Origin: Octopus vulgaris
Taxonomy: Eukaryota
Direction: 5' to 3'
Length of the DNA stretch: 64,000 nucleotides
Assembly: GCA_951406725.2 (NCBI GenBank)
Contig: OX597818.1
Coordinates: forward strand, 108,438,001 to 108,502,000
Every line of letters begins with the position of its first letter. Positions within the stretch are counted from its first letter, which is position 1. Below the pieces are notes generated by a model that made no database searches, had not been told where the DNA came from, and worked only from the letters and a program-made list of their open reading frames with translations. Below, one piece after another: positions 63,232 through 64,000 of the stretch. A program made the translations under genes and the position numbers.

Positions 63232-63681
63232 CAAAATTACTATTTGTAAATCTCACAACGAGAGATTTTCAACAACAGTACTTTGGAGTAAAGTTTATTT
63301 GCCAACATAACATGGCAGTCCTGGTTTAGGACGAATGTTGCTGTAATTTTAGTCCCAGGAGACATCGTCTCCAGCTGGCTATACGACACGATCTGTGTCC
63401 TTATATTTTCGAGGAAAGGAATCTAGCACCCCAACTCAACTCAAAACAATACCTGTGTATCGCCATTTCCGGGTTATTTCCCTTCATCAGAACAGAATAA
63501 TTGCGATACACAGATATTGTTTTGAGCTGAGTTGGGGTACTAGATTCCCTTTTTCGAAAATATAAGGACACAGATGTTGTGTCGTATAACCAGCTGGAGA
63601 CGATGTCTCTTGGGGCTAAATTACACCAACATTCGTCCTAAACCGGGACTGCCATGTTATGTTGGCAAATTATCTTTACTC
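63232..63681 (-). mobile_element. Fold-back element copy 3 (longest), with HHR core fragment in the loop
   Basis: ~180-bp arms 63284-63463 / 63503-63683. Loop on minus strand AATTATTCTGTT-CTGATGA-AGGG AAATAA CCC-GGAAA. TSD CATTAGTRCCTTTA at 63218-63231 and 63682-63695. Confidence 0.9.
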
Positions 63682-64000
63682 CATTAGTGCCTTTATTTAT
63701 CTGCTGAATTAGAAGTTTCAACAACTTAGTTTATTGTAAGTCAATTATCCATTTTGGAATTGATACAAATATTGGTGCGGTTGATGTTGAGCGTACTTAG
63801 AACCAAAGCGTTCCTGTCGCAGTGAGTATTACTTGATTTGAGATATTTTTGGCTATTTTCCCTCGCAGATAAAGTGACCGTGAGTTTGATTCGAGTTGCT
63901 ATTGCTGTTGTTTGTGTAGTTCTAAGTCCTGGAGGCATTGTGAAAACTGTCAGTTTTACTCATATCTTTGTTCTTCTGTCAACGAAGCCATTTTTCTGAA

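Noticed and set aside
63284-63683. Ordinary MITE or Helentron-associated (HINE) call for the fold-back family
   Set aside because: TSDs are 12-14 bp and enclose a one-sided tail, which fits neither terminal TIRs nor TSD-less rolling-circle insertion.

Overview
AT-rich, repeat-saturated eukaryotic DNA with no confidently identified host gene. The mix of very long TA/TATG/CAT/GATA microsatellites, tRNA-headed SINEs, RTE LINEs with (GAT)n tails and Penelope relics suggests a cephalopod (octopus) genome; this is inference. Supported elements: a 5'-truncated RTE LINE with an open RT frame containing a PHD-type finger (8843-10888, -); many RTE tails and fragments; R4/Dong LINE pieces, one inside (TAA)n; Penelope GIY-YIG relics; Tc1 and mariner relics; a Gypsy integrase relic; a non-autonomous Helitron; a hAT-type MITE; a lone LTR with a tRNA-Trp PBS; and a young, complete, non-coding 2.76-kb LTR element (55848-58610) with PBS, PPT and a 4-bp TSD. 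The most striking unexplained theme is a set of small non-coding elements built around hammerhead ribozyme (HHR) motifs and fold-back symmetry. These are a near-canonical type I HHR (43259-43309, -), several decayed HHRs, a perfect 112-bp palindrome centred on half an HHR, and a three-copy family with long inverted arms, a one-sided tail, 12-14 bp TSDs and an HHR core fragment in the loop of the longest copy. A possible terminal exon with 3'UTR of an unidentified gene starts at 12580 (+). Most ORFs in the supplied track are microsatellite artefacts. All calls were made by eye, without database searches.
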